Assembly (NCBI GenBank): GCA_964016885.1
Contig: OZ024750.1
Coordinates: 32,116,001 to 32,180,000 of the forward strand
Reading direction: 5' to 3'
Origin: Eledone cirrhosa
Lineage: Eukaryota
DNA: 64,000 nucleotides
Shown here: in pieces, positions 26,309 to 43,742 of the stretch
How positions within the stretch are numbered: the first letter of the stretch is position 1
Layout of the letters: each line of letters begins with the position of its first letter
Notes under the pieces: model-generated
What the model was told of the DNA's origin: nothing
Seen by the model: the letters and a program-made list of their open reading frames with translations, nothing else
The model's database searches: none
Translations under genes and position numbers: made by a program

Positions 26309-26461
26309 ATACTTTGGGAGGGTCATGTTGCCAATAAGAAACACACGCACCAGTTGCTTTCACTTCAATTTAATTTAATATATATTTATAAATTTACAAA
26401 TTTATAAATTTCTGGTTGGTTGGTTGGTTCCACAACCAGATAGTTGTTTATATATATATAT

Positions 26462-26506
26462 AGTCATAGTTCTTTCGTCACACACTCTGTGACCTCTTCA
26501 GTGACT
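26462..26506 (-). ncRNA. minimal type I hammerhead (mirror of 26612-26656)
   Basis: exact reverse complement of 26612-26656. Confidence 0.8.
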
Positions 26507-26611
26507 GGGGATTTCTTTCTTCGTTTCTGTGCCTTTCCTTTCTTCTATCCTACGCCAAAATGGCGTAGGATAGAAGAAAGGAAAGGCACAGAAACGAAGA
26601 AAGAAATCCCC

Positions 26612-26656
26612 AGTCACTGAAGAGGTCACAGAGTGTGTGACGAAAGAACTATGACT
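26612..26656 (+). ncRNA. minimal type I hammerhead, CUA site
   Basis: AGTCA-CTGAAGA-G-GTCACA gagtg TGTGAC-GAAA-GAAC-TA-TGACT. Confidence 0.8.
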
Positions 26657-26873
26657 ATATATATATATAAACAACTATCTGGTTGTGGAACCAACCAACC
26701 AACCAGAAATTTATAAATTTGTAAATTTATAAATATATATTAAATTAAATTGAAGTGAAAGCAACTGGTGCGTGTGTTTCTTATTGGCAACATGACCCTC
26801 CCAAAGTATAACAATATCGGTTTCAACACACGATTTCAGATAAAGAATCTTGCTAAACAAATTCAGAAACGAA

Positions 26874-26905
<32 letters not shown>

Positions 26906-26968
26906 TTATATATATATATATATATATACACACACTTACATATGTATACATATATATACACGCTTACA

Positions 26969-27002
<34 letters not shown>

Positions 27003-27003
27003 C

Positions 27004-27048
<45 letters not shown>

Positions 27049-27049
27049 C

Positions 27050-27094
<45 letters not shown>

Positions 27095-27105
27095 TATATA
27101 CATAT

Positions 27106-27151
<46 letters not shown>

Positions 27152-27324
27152 GAATAATCGAGTATCGAAAAATCGGCGCACGAGTTCACGATGAACAAAA
27201 TTCGAAATGAGCGGCAGACGGCTCAATAATTCAGATAAATCAGAGCTATAACTATCGTTAAAATACCGTCACACATAGAACAAGTCTATAATCAACCGTA
27301 CGACCGAAAAATTGCGATCTGGAA

Positions 27325-28240
<916 letters not shown>

Positions 28241-28372
28241 TAGAAGTTCTATTTAATTCGTTGGGATACAACAAGTAAATATTTTTATAACTGATATAAA
28301 GCACTCAACAAAATTTTTGGAGTAAAAATACAATATATTAACAAATGGAAACTATATTTATAAAACCCTATT

Positions 28373-28437
28373 TATTTCATTATACATATTTCAAGGACAC
28401 CAAAGCAAATTATGGTGCGCTTTCATCAGATAAAATA
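28373..28437 (-). ncRNA. type I hammerhead (mirror of 30343-30407)
   Basis: reverse complement of the 30343-30407 motif. Confidence 0.75.
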
Positions 28438-28516
28438 TAATATAGATCAGTTTATTAACAAATATATATATATATGTGTATATATATGTATATATATATA
28501 TGTATATATATATATA

Positions 28517-28550
<34 letters not shown>

Positions 28551-28566
28551 TATATATATATATATA

Positions 28567-28640
<74 letters not shown>

Positions 28641-29848
28641 TATATATATATATATATATATATGCATATATATATATATATATATGCATATATATACATA
28701 TATATATATATATATGCATATATATATATATAGTTTATAAGGGAGGGGATTAGGAGTGTGTAACACTCCACTTATCCAATAGGCAGTATAAGGTTAGCTC
28801 GATGTCTGGATATACTTCTGTTGACCAATAGATTCCTGCCCGAGTGTGAACCTTTTGTGATTACCCCACCGCTCAACTGTGTGAATGCACACCCGTGACT
28901 TTCGAGTGTGAACTTCTGTGACTGCCATGAACTTCTGTGACTGCCAAACCTGGGATGTCTCCATTGCATTGCAATGGTCAACTCAATCGAGTGTGGACAT
29001 AGCACCTGTTGATTATAAATCTCATTTGAACATTTGATTGTTGTGATATGGCTAACTGTAACACTTAAGGCGTTTGTGTGCCCCTGATATATTCAAGAAA
29101 TATATTCAAAAAATATATATCTTATCTCACTTTACTTTATTTTATTTTATTTCATTGTATTTTATTTTATATAATTTTATTTTATTTATTCTCTACCCTT
29201 TATCTTTATTATCTGTATATTTTATATATATTTTTTATATTTTATATTTTTTATATATATTATTTGTCTATTTTTTATCTATTTTTTATCTATTTTTTAT
29301 CTATTTTTATCTACTCTTATCTATCTTATCTATTTTTGTCTATTCCTTATCTATTCTCTATCTCTTATCCATGGTTAATCTATTTTTTATCTATGGTTAA
29401 TCTATTTTTATCCTTTGTTTATCTTACTTTTACCCATTGTATTTTTACCCATTGTATATCCACCATTTATCTCTTAACTTTTGCATACTCGTCCATGATA
29501 TGTTATTTGTATTAGTCTATACTATATGTGTTGCATATGGCTGCCTATTGTGTGGTTGCATGCGGGTGCTCATGCTTATGCGTATGCTTGTATGTAACTG
29601 TTTGTTAACAGCACCCTGCCCAACTGTGACTGATAGCACCTCTTATTTTTCAATGCTTATTTTTCAATGTTTATTTTTTATTTCTTCAATGTTTATTATT
29701 TATTTTTTTACTTTTCACTATTCTTTATCCTCCAATTTTATTTTCTACACTCTATTTACTCTACTCTTTAAACCCCTCCCAACTTATGGCATCCCCATAT
29801 ATATTCTTCTGTCTTGGCTTTGTTATTGCTTGTGTAATATGTAATCAC

Positions 29849-29908
29849 TCTTTATGCTCTGATGAGTTCCACTTATAGTGTGGACGAAACACTGTTAGCA
29901 AGTAAAGA
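29849..29908 (+). ncRNA. minimal type I hammerhead, GUU site
   Basis: TCTTTATGCT-CTGATGA-GTTCCAC ttatagt GTGGAC-GAAA-CACT-GTT-AGCAAGTAAAGA. Confidence 0.82.
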
Positions 29909-29958
29909 TATACCTATGCTCTAAGCGTTCTTTGTTGTTGATTATATATATATATATA

Positions 29959-29994
<36 letters not shown>

Positions 29995-30342
29995 TATATA
30001 TATATATATGCATATATATGTATATATATATAATTACGTTAATACAACACTCTCTCACTTAGGGTTTTCTCTCTTTCTCTTTCTTTTGTTTTTCCTATTC
30101 CTTTTCTTTTTCTTTTCTTTTCTTTTCCTCCTTTGAGTTTGCTCTTTCTTTCTCCTTTTCTTTTTTTTCCCTTATTCCAACGGCTTAATTTAAATATACT
30201 GGGATTTACACCTCTCCGACACTAATTTGCATAATAGACCAATGATAAAATTAGTAACCTCACTATCCGGGAGCTTCCAACAGACATGGTCGCATTCTTT
30301 TAAGGGTATGTCAATATATGTTTATAAAACTGATCTATATTA

Positions 30343-30407
30343 TATTTTATCTGATGAAAGCGCACCATAATTTGCTTTGGTGTCCTTGAAATATGTATAA
30401 TGAAATA
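30343..30407 (+). ncRNA. type I hammerhead, AUA site
   Basis: TATTTTAT-CTGATGA-AAGCGCACCA..TGGTGTCCTT-GAAA-TATGT-ATA-ATGAAATA. Confidence 0.75.
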
Positions 30408-30447
30408 AATATGGTTTTATAAATATAGTTTCCATTTGTTAATATGT

Positions 30448-30499
<52 letters not shown>

Positions 30500-30544
30500 C
30501 ATATAGAGATTACAGTAATCAAAGTTCAGTTTAAGTCATTTATT

Positions 30545-30591
30545 TGCTTACAATTGTTTCCTCCAAACCGAGGTTTGGATTCTTCGGAGCA
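30545..30591 (-). ncRNA. hammerhead with core variant CCGAAGA
   Basis: reverse complement: TGCT-CCGAAGA-ATCCAAACC tc GGTTTGGAG-GAAA-CAATT-GTA-AGCA. Confidence 0.6.
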
Positions 30592-31137
30592 GCTATTTAT
30601 AACATACTTGACCTACTTTTCAACCCAAGAGAGACATAAAACATATGCGCATATTGATCAACAGTGGGGTGACATTCATCAAATGAAATAGCATGGCAAT
30701 TTACATATAAAGTGTTACATGATTAAAATTAAAATAAAAATAAAATAAAATAAAAGCAAGAGTGAAAATAAGAGTGAAAATAAAGATAAACATGAAGCGT
30801 TGGCAGTCTATGAAGATAAAGCAAGAGGAAAGCTTAGAGTAGTCAGTGCATGAAGCAATCTCCCGTGTAGCATGCACGCTTGTCTTATCTATACATGATT
30901 AGAGTGCGTCAGAATGATATTTGCAGGGTCAGGCAGTTGAAGCAGGCAATCGATCTTATTATATAGGCTGAATTATTAAGTCATTTATTCTCATACATCT
31001 GTATGATATACAGTCTCGGATGCGGGGAAACACCAAAATATCAAAAACCTTCAACATACTATAAACCTTATTGTATCGTAGGCAAGGTCGTACCACTGTC
31101 CTTGCTCACACCACCACTCACATAATCCATGGGACGC

Positions 31138-32662
<1,525 letters not shown>

Positions 32663-32754
32663 TGCAAGTAAAAGGTAAACAGAAATAACAACAGAAACGG
32701 TACAACATATGAAAGGCATATATTAGGTTAACGCTTGATATAGTAGGAAGTGGG

Positions 32755-32792
32755 TATTAACGTTTCGGACGCTAGTCCTTCATCAGAAGAAA
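32755..32792 (-). ncRNA. minimal PLE-type hammerhead, weak stem I
   Basis: reverse complement: CTT-CTGATGA-AGGAC tagc GTCC-GAAACGTT-AA. Confidence 0.55.
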
Positions 32793-33020
32793 GAATGAGA
32801 AATAAAATAGATTGAGGGGACGGGCGCGATGGAATTGGAAAAATGTCTTGAGATAAAAATAACAAGACATATTTTGCAAAACTGTTGGTGCTGGCGTTTA
32901 GTGTATGAATTTTTTTTTAGAAAAGTGGATTAGGGAGCGCATCTACCAGCAATGGAAAGAAAAGGCCGTTTTGTAAAAAGAGCTATATTTGAGCACGTGC
33001 GTAAGCATGTGTTTAAGTAA

Positions 33021-33206
33021 TTAATTGTTTCTACTTTTGGCACAAGTCCAGTAATTACCTCAGTGTATTGCTGGTACTTTATTTTATCGACCCCGTGAGG
33101 AAGAAAGGTAAAGGTAACCTCCGCGCGATTTGAACTTAGACCCTAAAGGGATGAAACTCTATGCTACAAAGTAAGGCGTCCGACCCTCTACCGATACTGC
33201 CAATCC
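33021..33206 (-). mobile_element. family-A SINE with TSD TGTTTAAGTAATTAATT
   Basis: SINE match; the duplication occurs at ~33010 and ~33208. Confidence 0.85.
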
Positions 33207-33461
33207 ATGTTTAAGTAATTAATTCGAAATAATTAATCACGAAACCTCTGTTTTTGTTTATATTTATGTAAGACTGTTTAGGGAATGTATTATTTGATTA
33301 CGTAATTAATTCTGCTAACATATAGTCTAGAACTAGTTGTTGAAACTGTCAGAGCTCAGCCGTCTGGCTCCCACTCTTTATAATATGGACATAATTTACT
33401 ATCAAAGGTATCGCGTACTACATTGAGTAATGGTCTAACTAGTTCAAAACTGGTACTATCA

Positions 33462-33574
<113 letters not shown>

Positions 33575-34466
33575 CACACTCAAACAGACACACATACACA
33601 CACACACAAACAGACACACACACACACACACATACACACACGCACATATATATATATATTTATTCTGGAATCTTTTAGGTGAGGAATATAAAGGAATTTC
33701 TGTGATACTGTGGTCATTGGATTTTATTTATTTCTCCGACTGTCAGCTATGTAGCTATGATAATGCTTGTGATGCTTATGCAAGGTGAGCGTTGGTCAAG
33801 TACGTTATCTTAACAAATATGATATTTAGGAATACTAATCTAGTGGTTCAACTCAGGTCGTTTAAATGCACTGGCTGACGTCGTCGTCGTGAAAACATGA
33901 ATTACATGGGTTAGAATCAATATTTGGAAGAACAGTTTGAGAACATTGTCCGACAGATGCAGAAGAACTAATTGAAAAGTAAAGTCGATATCAAACAACT
34001 TTGGCACTAATATGGACGCTGTCATTTATGTTGGCCAGCGTATTTAGAGTATGAATATTTTATGGGCTTTAGTCATGTATGTGAAAGCTATTCTTAAAAG
34101 AAATTAACAAAGAACCAACAGTGATACCCTAATACATACCATTGGAGTTGACATAGTTCATTAATATCTAATGTGGATATTTTCCAGGGATGTTGATAAT
34201 CGCTTACATGCTAAAGTAATAAACGAAATAATTTGAATAGTTCTTATTTCAGATCTCTTCAACGTATCCATATTTCATGTTTCGCTTGGGAAATATTGAT
34301 TTTTCACAAAGACAGCTCAAGAATGAGTTTCCATATTCGGAGGCAGAATGCCAAGGGAATCTAATGAAAATGTTGCGGAATTTTATGATATTTTTCTGCA
34401 ATATATTCTGTGTATAAACACAATAAAATCCTCAGATTTATTTCATCTCATTTTTTATCAACGTAG

Positions 34467-34524
<58 letters not shown>

Positions 34525-34678
34525 GGAAGATGCTTTTGTAGATGACTTTCAGCTTGTGGATTCTCTATATAGAAATTTAAAAGATAATGCTGAAGGTGTG
34601 ACGTTTGAATTTGGAAGCTGGTGTAGAAATACTACGTTGGCTTTTGGTCTCTCTCTTTTTCTCTCTCTCTCTCTCACA

Positions 34679-34757
<79 letters not shown>

Positions 34758-35907
34758 ACTGTAAAGCTCTGTCAGCTGTATCTCCTTTGTTTGCTGAAAA
34801 TTAAAGTAAGTGAGACTGTCACTACTTTAAAACAATAGCGTAAGGTCTTCGAAATGCTTTTAATTAAGCATACAGTGTATTGCAATATATATATATATAT
34901 CCATATATATATATATATAATCATTAAAGCTACTTACTACCAGCTGGATCTACAGGCTAATGAAATGCACGTACCTCGCATGGTGCCGTTGTATTAACTG
35001 GCCTTGAATAAATATAATCAAAACACGCTACGGATTTGGATATTTTTACCTAATTATTATTACTATATATATATATATTCACACAAACATATATATATAT
35101 ATATATCCATGTATTATGGCTAACTAGTGAGATTTGTAAATCTGTATATTAGTGACAAAGGTTATTTGTCACTAATGTACAGATAATCTTAATAAAGATA
35201 TAGCCCCTCGACAGCGGGAAGAGAGCAATCTGTTAATTTACCGGACGATTTATGATTTGTTCTGTTCAAAACTATTGCAATAGGTCCATCCGGCTTTATG
35301 GGACTTCGAACCACCTCTCAGCATAATTTCATCGGAATGGGGATGACGACTATCCGAAAAACCTAACCCCGCAAGGTAAACTGGTACTTTTAGCACTCCT
35401 GCGACAACCTTGTCGTAACGGACCCATGGCAATCTTGCACGACATGCTGTGATTTCCTCTGTTTATCTTAAAGACTACGAGATTACTAATATGAAAAATC
35501 TAAAATATTCAGGAAAGATTTAGGCATGCTTAGGCATCTCTAGGGAGACCTATTAAGAGTCGTTAAAACATTAGGATCTGTCATTGTACTGCTAGAGGTC
35601 AGAATCACACGTTTCTGAATTCCATATTTGCATAAATTTAATTAAAATTTCTAGCTTGTCCCCGCTTTTCTTTTCTGACCAAAATTTAAAATTCAGGTAA
35701 TGATTGTTCTCGTCACTGAACATGAAATTATAATTAATTACTTTTTTTCCCCTTTACAACAAGTATGAAAGTCGCCTGCTTCAGATGCCGCAGTCGCCGC
35801 TAGAAAATAACCCCAGTTATTCTCTCTCTCTCTCTGTCTCCCCCCCCCTCTCTCTATCTATATATATATATAATTCAAGAAAAAAGAGCGACATGGTTCG
35901 CTATACA

Positions 35908-35967
<60 letters not shown>

Positions 35968-36978
35968 CTGTGTATATATCACGTGTCCAAAGTATGAAAT
36001 CAAAGGAAACAGTCTTAGATTTGTTTTAAATAAATTATGCTAAATTCTTACATAGACTTATTTGTTTGTCATAAATTTACAGGGAAGGGTGTAAACCATT
36101 TATCATGTTTATTTTGTGGTTAATAAAGAGACAAAAAATTAAAAGGAGAGACATTTTATTCTGTAAGGCATTTAGCGCAGCATTCTACCTATGCTACTAT
36201 TCAACAGATTTGAAGCTGATTTACGACTAATTTTATTCACTGTAAGGCTAAGATTGTTAGCTGATGTGTATACTTGACGGTGTAACTAGTACTTTAAGAT
36301 ACAGACATGGAAGAGGTGTTAAGTAATTCAATATCCGTGACACCTGAACTCTGTACAAGAGTTGAGAAACAATATATGCATGGTGTGACAGAAGTTGAAT
36401 GTTTTGTTCTTCCACTACCATCTTTATATATCATATATATATATATATATCACCTTTCGAAGAGTGATGATAGATGTCGGTGGTAAATTGTGAATAGAAT
36501 ATATATTTCAAAAGAGACACGTTTAAACTCCCAGGAAATTATAAATCTTGAATAATTCAAAAGGTACAAACAGTACAATCAATACAATAATTAGTTTGGC
36601 TGTTATCCTTATATTTCTGTTGCTATAGGACGATCAGATTTGACTTAACGACAGAGGGATTTCAATACGTATGTTCACTTTGTAACTGCAAAAGCTAATC
36701 TACTATAAAGATATAAAAATCGATTCATATATTTTCAACCGAAACCTTTTTTTTCTCCTGTCACTCTCAGAACGACTGAAAAGTTTTACAAATGTAATTT
36801 ATTATTTGATTATCTTTTTTTTTTTTTGCTTATCTTTTGTTTCTAATGCAATATTGTTTTTAATGTTTATCTTGCATATCACCTCTGCACACGCAGATAT
36901 CGACTAAACAACTAAATAACTGACAAGTGAGTGCAATCATCACACGTAAGCATGCGTATGCATCTGCCAGAGATACAC

Positions 36979-37012
<34 letters not shown>

Positions 37013-37028
37013 CACATAAATATACATA

Positions 37029-37069
<41 letters not shown>

Positions 37070-37116
37070 ATATATGGTGTGTGTTTATATGCATGTAAGT
37101 ATGTGAATTCATATAA

Positions 37117-37230
<114 letters not shown>

Positions 37231-37481
37231 TTCAAGAGAAGACAAGACAAACAAGACAGAGATGCAAAAACAAAGAAGTGGGTGGATGCCTGATAAGAAG
37301 TGACTTTAACTAAAAAAGAAAAGTGCTCAATACGTTTGTTGGATAGAGGCACTTTTGTTCTGTGTGTGTACTTACTTGAATATTATAAAATATGAACGGT
37401 CTTCCCGATTTATCACTGACTACCTTTTTCCTTTTTAACAATTACGGTTATTTCCAACACACACACACACAAACATATGTA

Positions 37482-37551
<70 letters not shown>

Positions 37552-37684
37552 GTACATCCGGGTTTCAATCGCGGGTAACGACAGTAAGTAAGATAGTGAT
37601 GTATATATCATATTTAATAAATATATATATTATACTCACACACACGCATATATATATGCGTGTGTTCGTAGGTATGTGTGTATG

Positions 37685-38405
<721 letters not shown>

Positions 38406-39003
38406 TAGTGTATTTTGCAATACACTGTATGCTTAATTAAAAGCATTTCGAAGACTTTACGCTATTGTTTTAGAGTAGTGACAGTCTCACTTACTTTAAT
38501 TTTCAGCAAACAGGGGAGATAAAGCTGACAGAGCTCTGTTTCGCACTTTTTGGTGCTTATCAAAGCTAAGTACTCCGCCTGGTTGCTGAAAATCATGAAT
38601 ATTTGATTCTTATAGAATTCTAGTAATAATCAGGAACTGATTATACGGAGCGGTTGCCGGTCAAGCAGAAATTGAAAATTAGAATTGGTGCTCTGAAATA
38701 GCGATATATATATATATGAATATTTATATAGTGTATTATGCAATGCTAGTATGCAGATCTGACTGATCAGCCAGTCTGCTAATATGCAAAACAATCCGAT
38801 CAGTCACTGTGGATTTTTGAAAATAGCATATATTTTCACTAGCTCTGACAGTTTTGCAGGTGAACAGTGAGTTGTACTGATGATACCCAGAAACATTAAT
38901 GAAGTGTTCATTCTACTGATATGGCTATAAAACTGAGGCTTGTTTGCATAATTGCAAACGAATCGAATGTTATTATTAATATTTGAAAAACTCAGATTAC
39001 ATT

Positions 39004-39084
<81 letters not shown>

Positions 39085-39291
39085 GCTGATGTGTTGACGA
39101 GTGGTAAATAATGTATTGGAGTCGATTGACGCAACCTCAAGCGATTAGCGAACTCTAGACGCACCTGATCAACGAAACAGTTGTCAGTACTTTACATGTT
39201 TTATGGTAGAAACGCGTCACACTGGCACACAATGCAGATAAGTTCTACGAATGGTAATGTCACTTACATCCCCCCTAACACACACACACAG

Positions 39292-39328
<37 letters not shown>

Positions 39329-39355
39329 ATATAAGATCAAAAGATGGTTAAAGGA

Positions 39356-39440
39356 GTTCCATGTATTTTATTATGCGCATTTCAAAAACAACATCATCAT
39401 GCAATAATATTTGTGTTTTCATCAGATAAAACAGGAGAAC
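39356..39440 (-). ncRNA. type I hammerhead (mirror of 43743-43828)
   Basis: reverse complement with a 1-nt indel in stem II. Confidence 0.82.
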
Positions 39441-40464
39441 ATGATATGAAGGCTAAAAAACACTTGTGGATAGTGCAGTTTTAAATCTACATATGAAAAG
39501 TGGTTTTAGATTGATGTGTGATATTGGGAAAAATATTTTATTTAGAGAGGGGGGGTGGAAAGGATGAAAAAGGGGGAGGAGATGAGAGGGAGAGATGGGT
39601 GATAGAGAGAAAGAGATAGCTTTTATAACTGAGAGGAGATATACTGTCCCACACAGAGAGGTTGAAACCGTTGGAAGATAATGTATAAACCCCAAAAAAT
39701 TTTTGAAAATCAACGAAAGGAGGATATGTGCGAGGAAAAAGTATTTTATTTAAGGAGGGGGGCTGGAAAGGATGAAAAAAAGGGGGAGGAGATGAGAGTG
39801 AAGGTGGAGAGGGAGAGATGGGCGATAGAGAGAAAGAGATAGTTTTTATAACTGAGAGAAAGATACATTGCCTTACACAGAGAGGTTGAGAAACCGTTGG
39901 AAGATAATGTATAAATTAAAGGAATTTGAAAATTAACGAAGGGAATTTATGTATGAAGATAGAGAGAAGAAATAATAATTGTGGATGAACATTCTAACGT
40001 CAAAAAAAGGGTATGTTGTGGCAATTTCAAAATTAACGAAGAGAAAAATTATTAAGGTTTGTGTGTAGAAGGATTTGAGAAAAATAATGTGAAGTTAAAG
40101 TTTGTATATTGGAGGAATTGATAATATATGCGAATAGAGTTAATATGTATTAAGAATGAGTTCGTTGATGGGGAGAAAAAAAAATAAATTAAGGATGAAA
40201 TTGAGATTAAAAAGATTTATGAGAGAGAGAAAAAAAAAAAAAAAATGATTGCGGATAAATATTCTAACGTCAAAAAAAACAAAAAACAGATGTATATGTT
40301 ATGAATGATTTTACAAGGTGAAGATAGAGTGAGGTTAATGAGTAAACAAGTATTATAGAGTGTATAAAGCCCTTTAAAGTATGGTAGGAAGATGGGTATA
40401 TTTTAAAGAGGTGTATGTATATGTGCCTTTGAGAAAAGATTCTAAATTGATAAAGAATTGAATA

Positions 40465-41583
40465 TTAACTGTATACTTTGTGAAAAGTTCTATGGAATTT
40501 ATGCAGGCAGATAGAAAACAAATCTGTGCGTCTATTTATTATAGAATCTAGGTTAGAGATAATGGTAAATTTTTCATTTAGGCAGAGATTACAGATTTTA
40601 GATAGAGAGCTGTTCAAGTATGAGGATGCAGAAGAAATCTTCTTCCAAAAGATGGTATATTTAATGTTTTTGTCTTTTAAGGACCATATGAGTTCTGAGA
40701 GAGCAGTGTTAGTTCTTTTAAGTTTGTATTTGAAAGATGAATGATGATTATAGAGACGAGCTTTAAAAGAGGTGGAAGTGGAGCCAAAATAGGTGAAGGA
40801 ATTGGTGCTAGTTATAATTTTACATTCATAAATTAAGTTTTTATCGAGACAATGATTGTTGAGAGGACATTTATTTTTAATGCGGCAGTTGCAATTAGAG
40901 AGATTATTAATGAGTGATCTAGTGTTATCTATAGAAGGAATTGGATTGGAGAAGTTGTTTGCGATAGGAATAATAGGAATAATAGTTTCTTGATTTAGAG
41001 TTGGATTATGAACATTTAGCGAAGTTGTGTTTGACGTTGTATTTGGGTTTACAGAAGTTAGCCTAGGGTTTACAATGACGTCGGGAGTACTATTACTGTT
41101 ATTATGAAATTCAATATTGGAAGGAAGATATTTAGTATTTAGTATTTTATTGTTGTGTTTAGAGATGATGTTGGAAATATTGGAGGATGTAGAATACGAA
41201 AATTTGATGGTGTGTTTGTTAAATATTTTACTATAGATATGTGAGGGAGGGAAGCATTTATTTAAGGCACTAAAAAATAATTTAGGAATATTGTTATTAA
41301 TAGAGATGGAGAAAGGAGGATTATACCAGATTATGTTTTTGTATCTAGGTCTTTTATTAAAATTATTGGAATGGTCATGATTAATTATTCTACTGTAAGT
41401 TTTTCTAGAATTTGTTTCTTTACTATATTTGATTTTATCTGGATAGCCGGCTTTAGAAAGTGCGTTATTATAGTAATTGGCGTTAGCATCAAAGATGTTT
41501 TTATTAGAAGATATGTTAGATATTCTATTTCCAATATTATTAACTATAGCATTCTTGATATTGGTAGGATGGTTAGATTTAAA
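40465..41583 (-). pseudogene. inverted copy of the truncated PLE3 ORF (thumb/linker + GIY-YIG)
   Basis: identical translation from SNHP onward to the + copy. Confidence 0.9.
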
Positions 41584-41598
41584 GTTGGTATCGTTAGA

Positions 41599-42717
41599 TT
41601 TAAATCTAACCATCCTACCAATATCAAGAATGCTATAGTTAATAATATTGGAAATAGAATATCTAACATATCTTCTAATAAAAACATCTTTGATGCTAAC
41701 GCCAATTACTATAATAACGCACTTTCTAAAGCCGGCTATCCAGATAAAATCAAATATAGTAAAGAAACAAATTCTAGAAAAACTTACAGTAGAATAATTA
41801 ATCATGACCATTCCAATAATTTTAATAAAAGACCTAGATACAAAAACATAATCTGGTATAATCCTCCTTTCTCCATCTCTATTAATAACAATATTCCTAA
41901 ATTATTTTTTAGTGCCTTAAATAAATGCTTCCCTCCCTCACATATCTATAGTAAAATATTTAACAAACACACCATCAAATTTTCGTATTCTACATCCTCC
42001 AATATTTCCAACATCATCTCTAAACACAACAATAAAATACTAAATACTAAATATCTTCCTTCCAATATTGAATTTCATAATAACAGTAATAGTACTCCCG
42101 ACGTCATTGTAAACCCTAGGCTAACTTCTGTAAACCCAAATACAACGTCAAACACAACTTCGCTAAATGTTCATAATCCAACTCTAAATCAAGAAACTAT
42201 TATTCCTATTATTCCTATCGCAAACAACTTCTCCAATCCAATTCCTTCTATAGATAACACTAGATCACTCATTAATAATCTCTCTAATTGCAACTGCCGC
42301 ATTAAAAATAAATGTCCTCTCAACAATCATTGTCTCGATAAAAACTTAATTTATGAATGTAAAATTATAACTAGCACCAATTCCTTCACCTATTTTGGCT
42401 CCACTTCCACCTCTTTTAAAGCTCGTCTCTATAATCATCATTCATCTTTCAAATACAAACTTAAAAGAACTAACACTGCTCTCTCAGAACTCATATGGTC
42501 CTTAAAAGACAAAAACATTAAATATACCATCTTTTGGAAGAAGATTTCTTCTGCATCCTCATACTTGAACAGCTCTCTATCTAAAATCTGTAATCTCTGC
42601 CTAAATGAAAAATTTACCATTATCTCTAACCTAGATTCTATAATAAATAGACGCACAGATTTGTTTTCTATCTGCCTGCATAAATTCCATAGAACTTTTC
42701 ACAAAGTATACAGTTAA
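41599..42717 (+). pseudogene. 5'-truncated PLE ORF (RT thumb, linker, GIY-YIG), Nematis-like
   Basis: SNHP, IIWYNPPF, CNCRIKNKCPLNNHCL, LIY..YFGST..FKARLYNH, CNLCLNEK, CLH. Confidence 0.92.
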
Positions 42718-43742
42718 TATTCAATTCTTTATCAATTTAGAATCTTTTCTCAAAGGCACATATACATACACCTCTTTAAAATATACCCATCTTCCTACCA
42801 TACTTTAAAGGGCTTTATACACTCTATAATACTTGTTTACTCATTAACCTCACTCTATCTTCACCTTGTAAAATCATTCATAACATATACATCTGTTTTT
42901 TGTTTTTTTTGACGTTAGAATATTTATCCGCAATCATTTTTTTTTTTTTTTTTCTCTCTCTCATAAATCTTTTTAATCTCAATTTCATCCTTAATTTATT
43001 TTTTTTTCTCCCCATCAACGAACTCATTCTTAATACATATTAACTCTATTCGCATATATTATCAATTCCTCCAATATACAAACTTTAACTTCACATTATT
43101 TTTCTCAAATCCTTCTACACACAAACCTTAATAATTTTTCTCTTCGTTAATTTTGAAATTGCCACAACATACCCTTTTTTTGACGTTAGAATGTTCATCC
43201 ACAATTATTATTTCTTCTCTCTATCTTCATACATAAATTCCCTTCGTTAATTTTCAAATTCCTTTAATTTATACATTATCTTCCAACGGTTTCTCAACCT
43301 CTCTGTGTAAGGCAATGTATCTTTCTCTCAGTTATAAAAACTATCTCTTTCTCTCTATCGCCCATCTCTCCCTCTCCACCTTCACTCTCATCTCCTCCCC
43401 CTTTTTTTCATCCTTTCCAGCCCCCTCCTTAAATAAAATACTTTTTCCTCGCACATATCCTCCTTTCGTTGATTTTCAAAAATTTTTTGGGGTTTATACA
43501 TTATCTTCCAACGGTTTCAACCTCTCTGTGTGGGACAGTATATCTCCTCTCAGTTATAAAAGCTATCTCTTTCTCTCTATCACCCATCTCTCCCTCTCAT
43601 CTCCTCCCCCTTTTTCATCCTTTCCACCCACCCCTCTCTAAATAAAATATTTTTCCCAATATCACACATCAATCTAAAACCACTTTTCATATGTAGATTT
43701 AAAACTGCACTATCCACAAGTGTTTTTTAGCCTTCATATCAT

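Larger units (their letters stand above)
26301..26875 (+). mobile_element. non-autonomous perfect fold-back (arms 26301-26557 / 26561-26817) + 58-nt tail
   Basis: perfect inverted repeat centred on CTACGCCA-AAA-TGGCGTAG; (TA)n flanks. Confidence 0.9.

Noticed and set aside
33840-34040. Coding-looking segment
   Set aside because: Stops in the plausible frames and no recognisable domain or splice pair.
35250-35432. ORF containing LKVPVYLAGLGF, like a LINE RT thumb motif
   Set aside because: A single short motif; too weak to call without a search.
41371-41598. N-terminal ~75 aa of the two 448-aa ORFs
   Set aside because: Antisense read-through of the opposite palindrome arm; real homology begins at SNHP.
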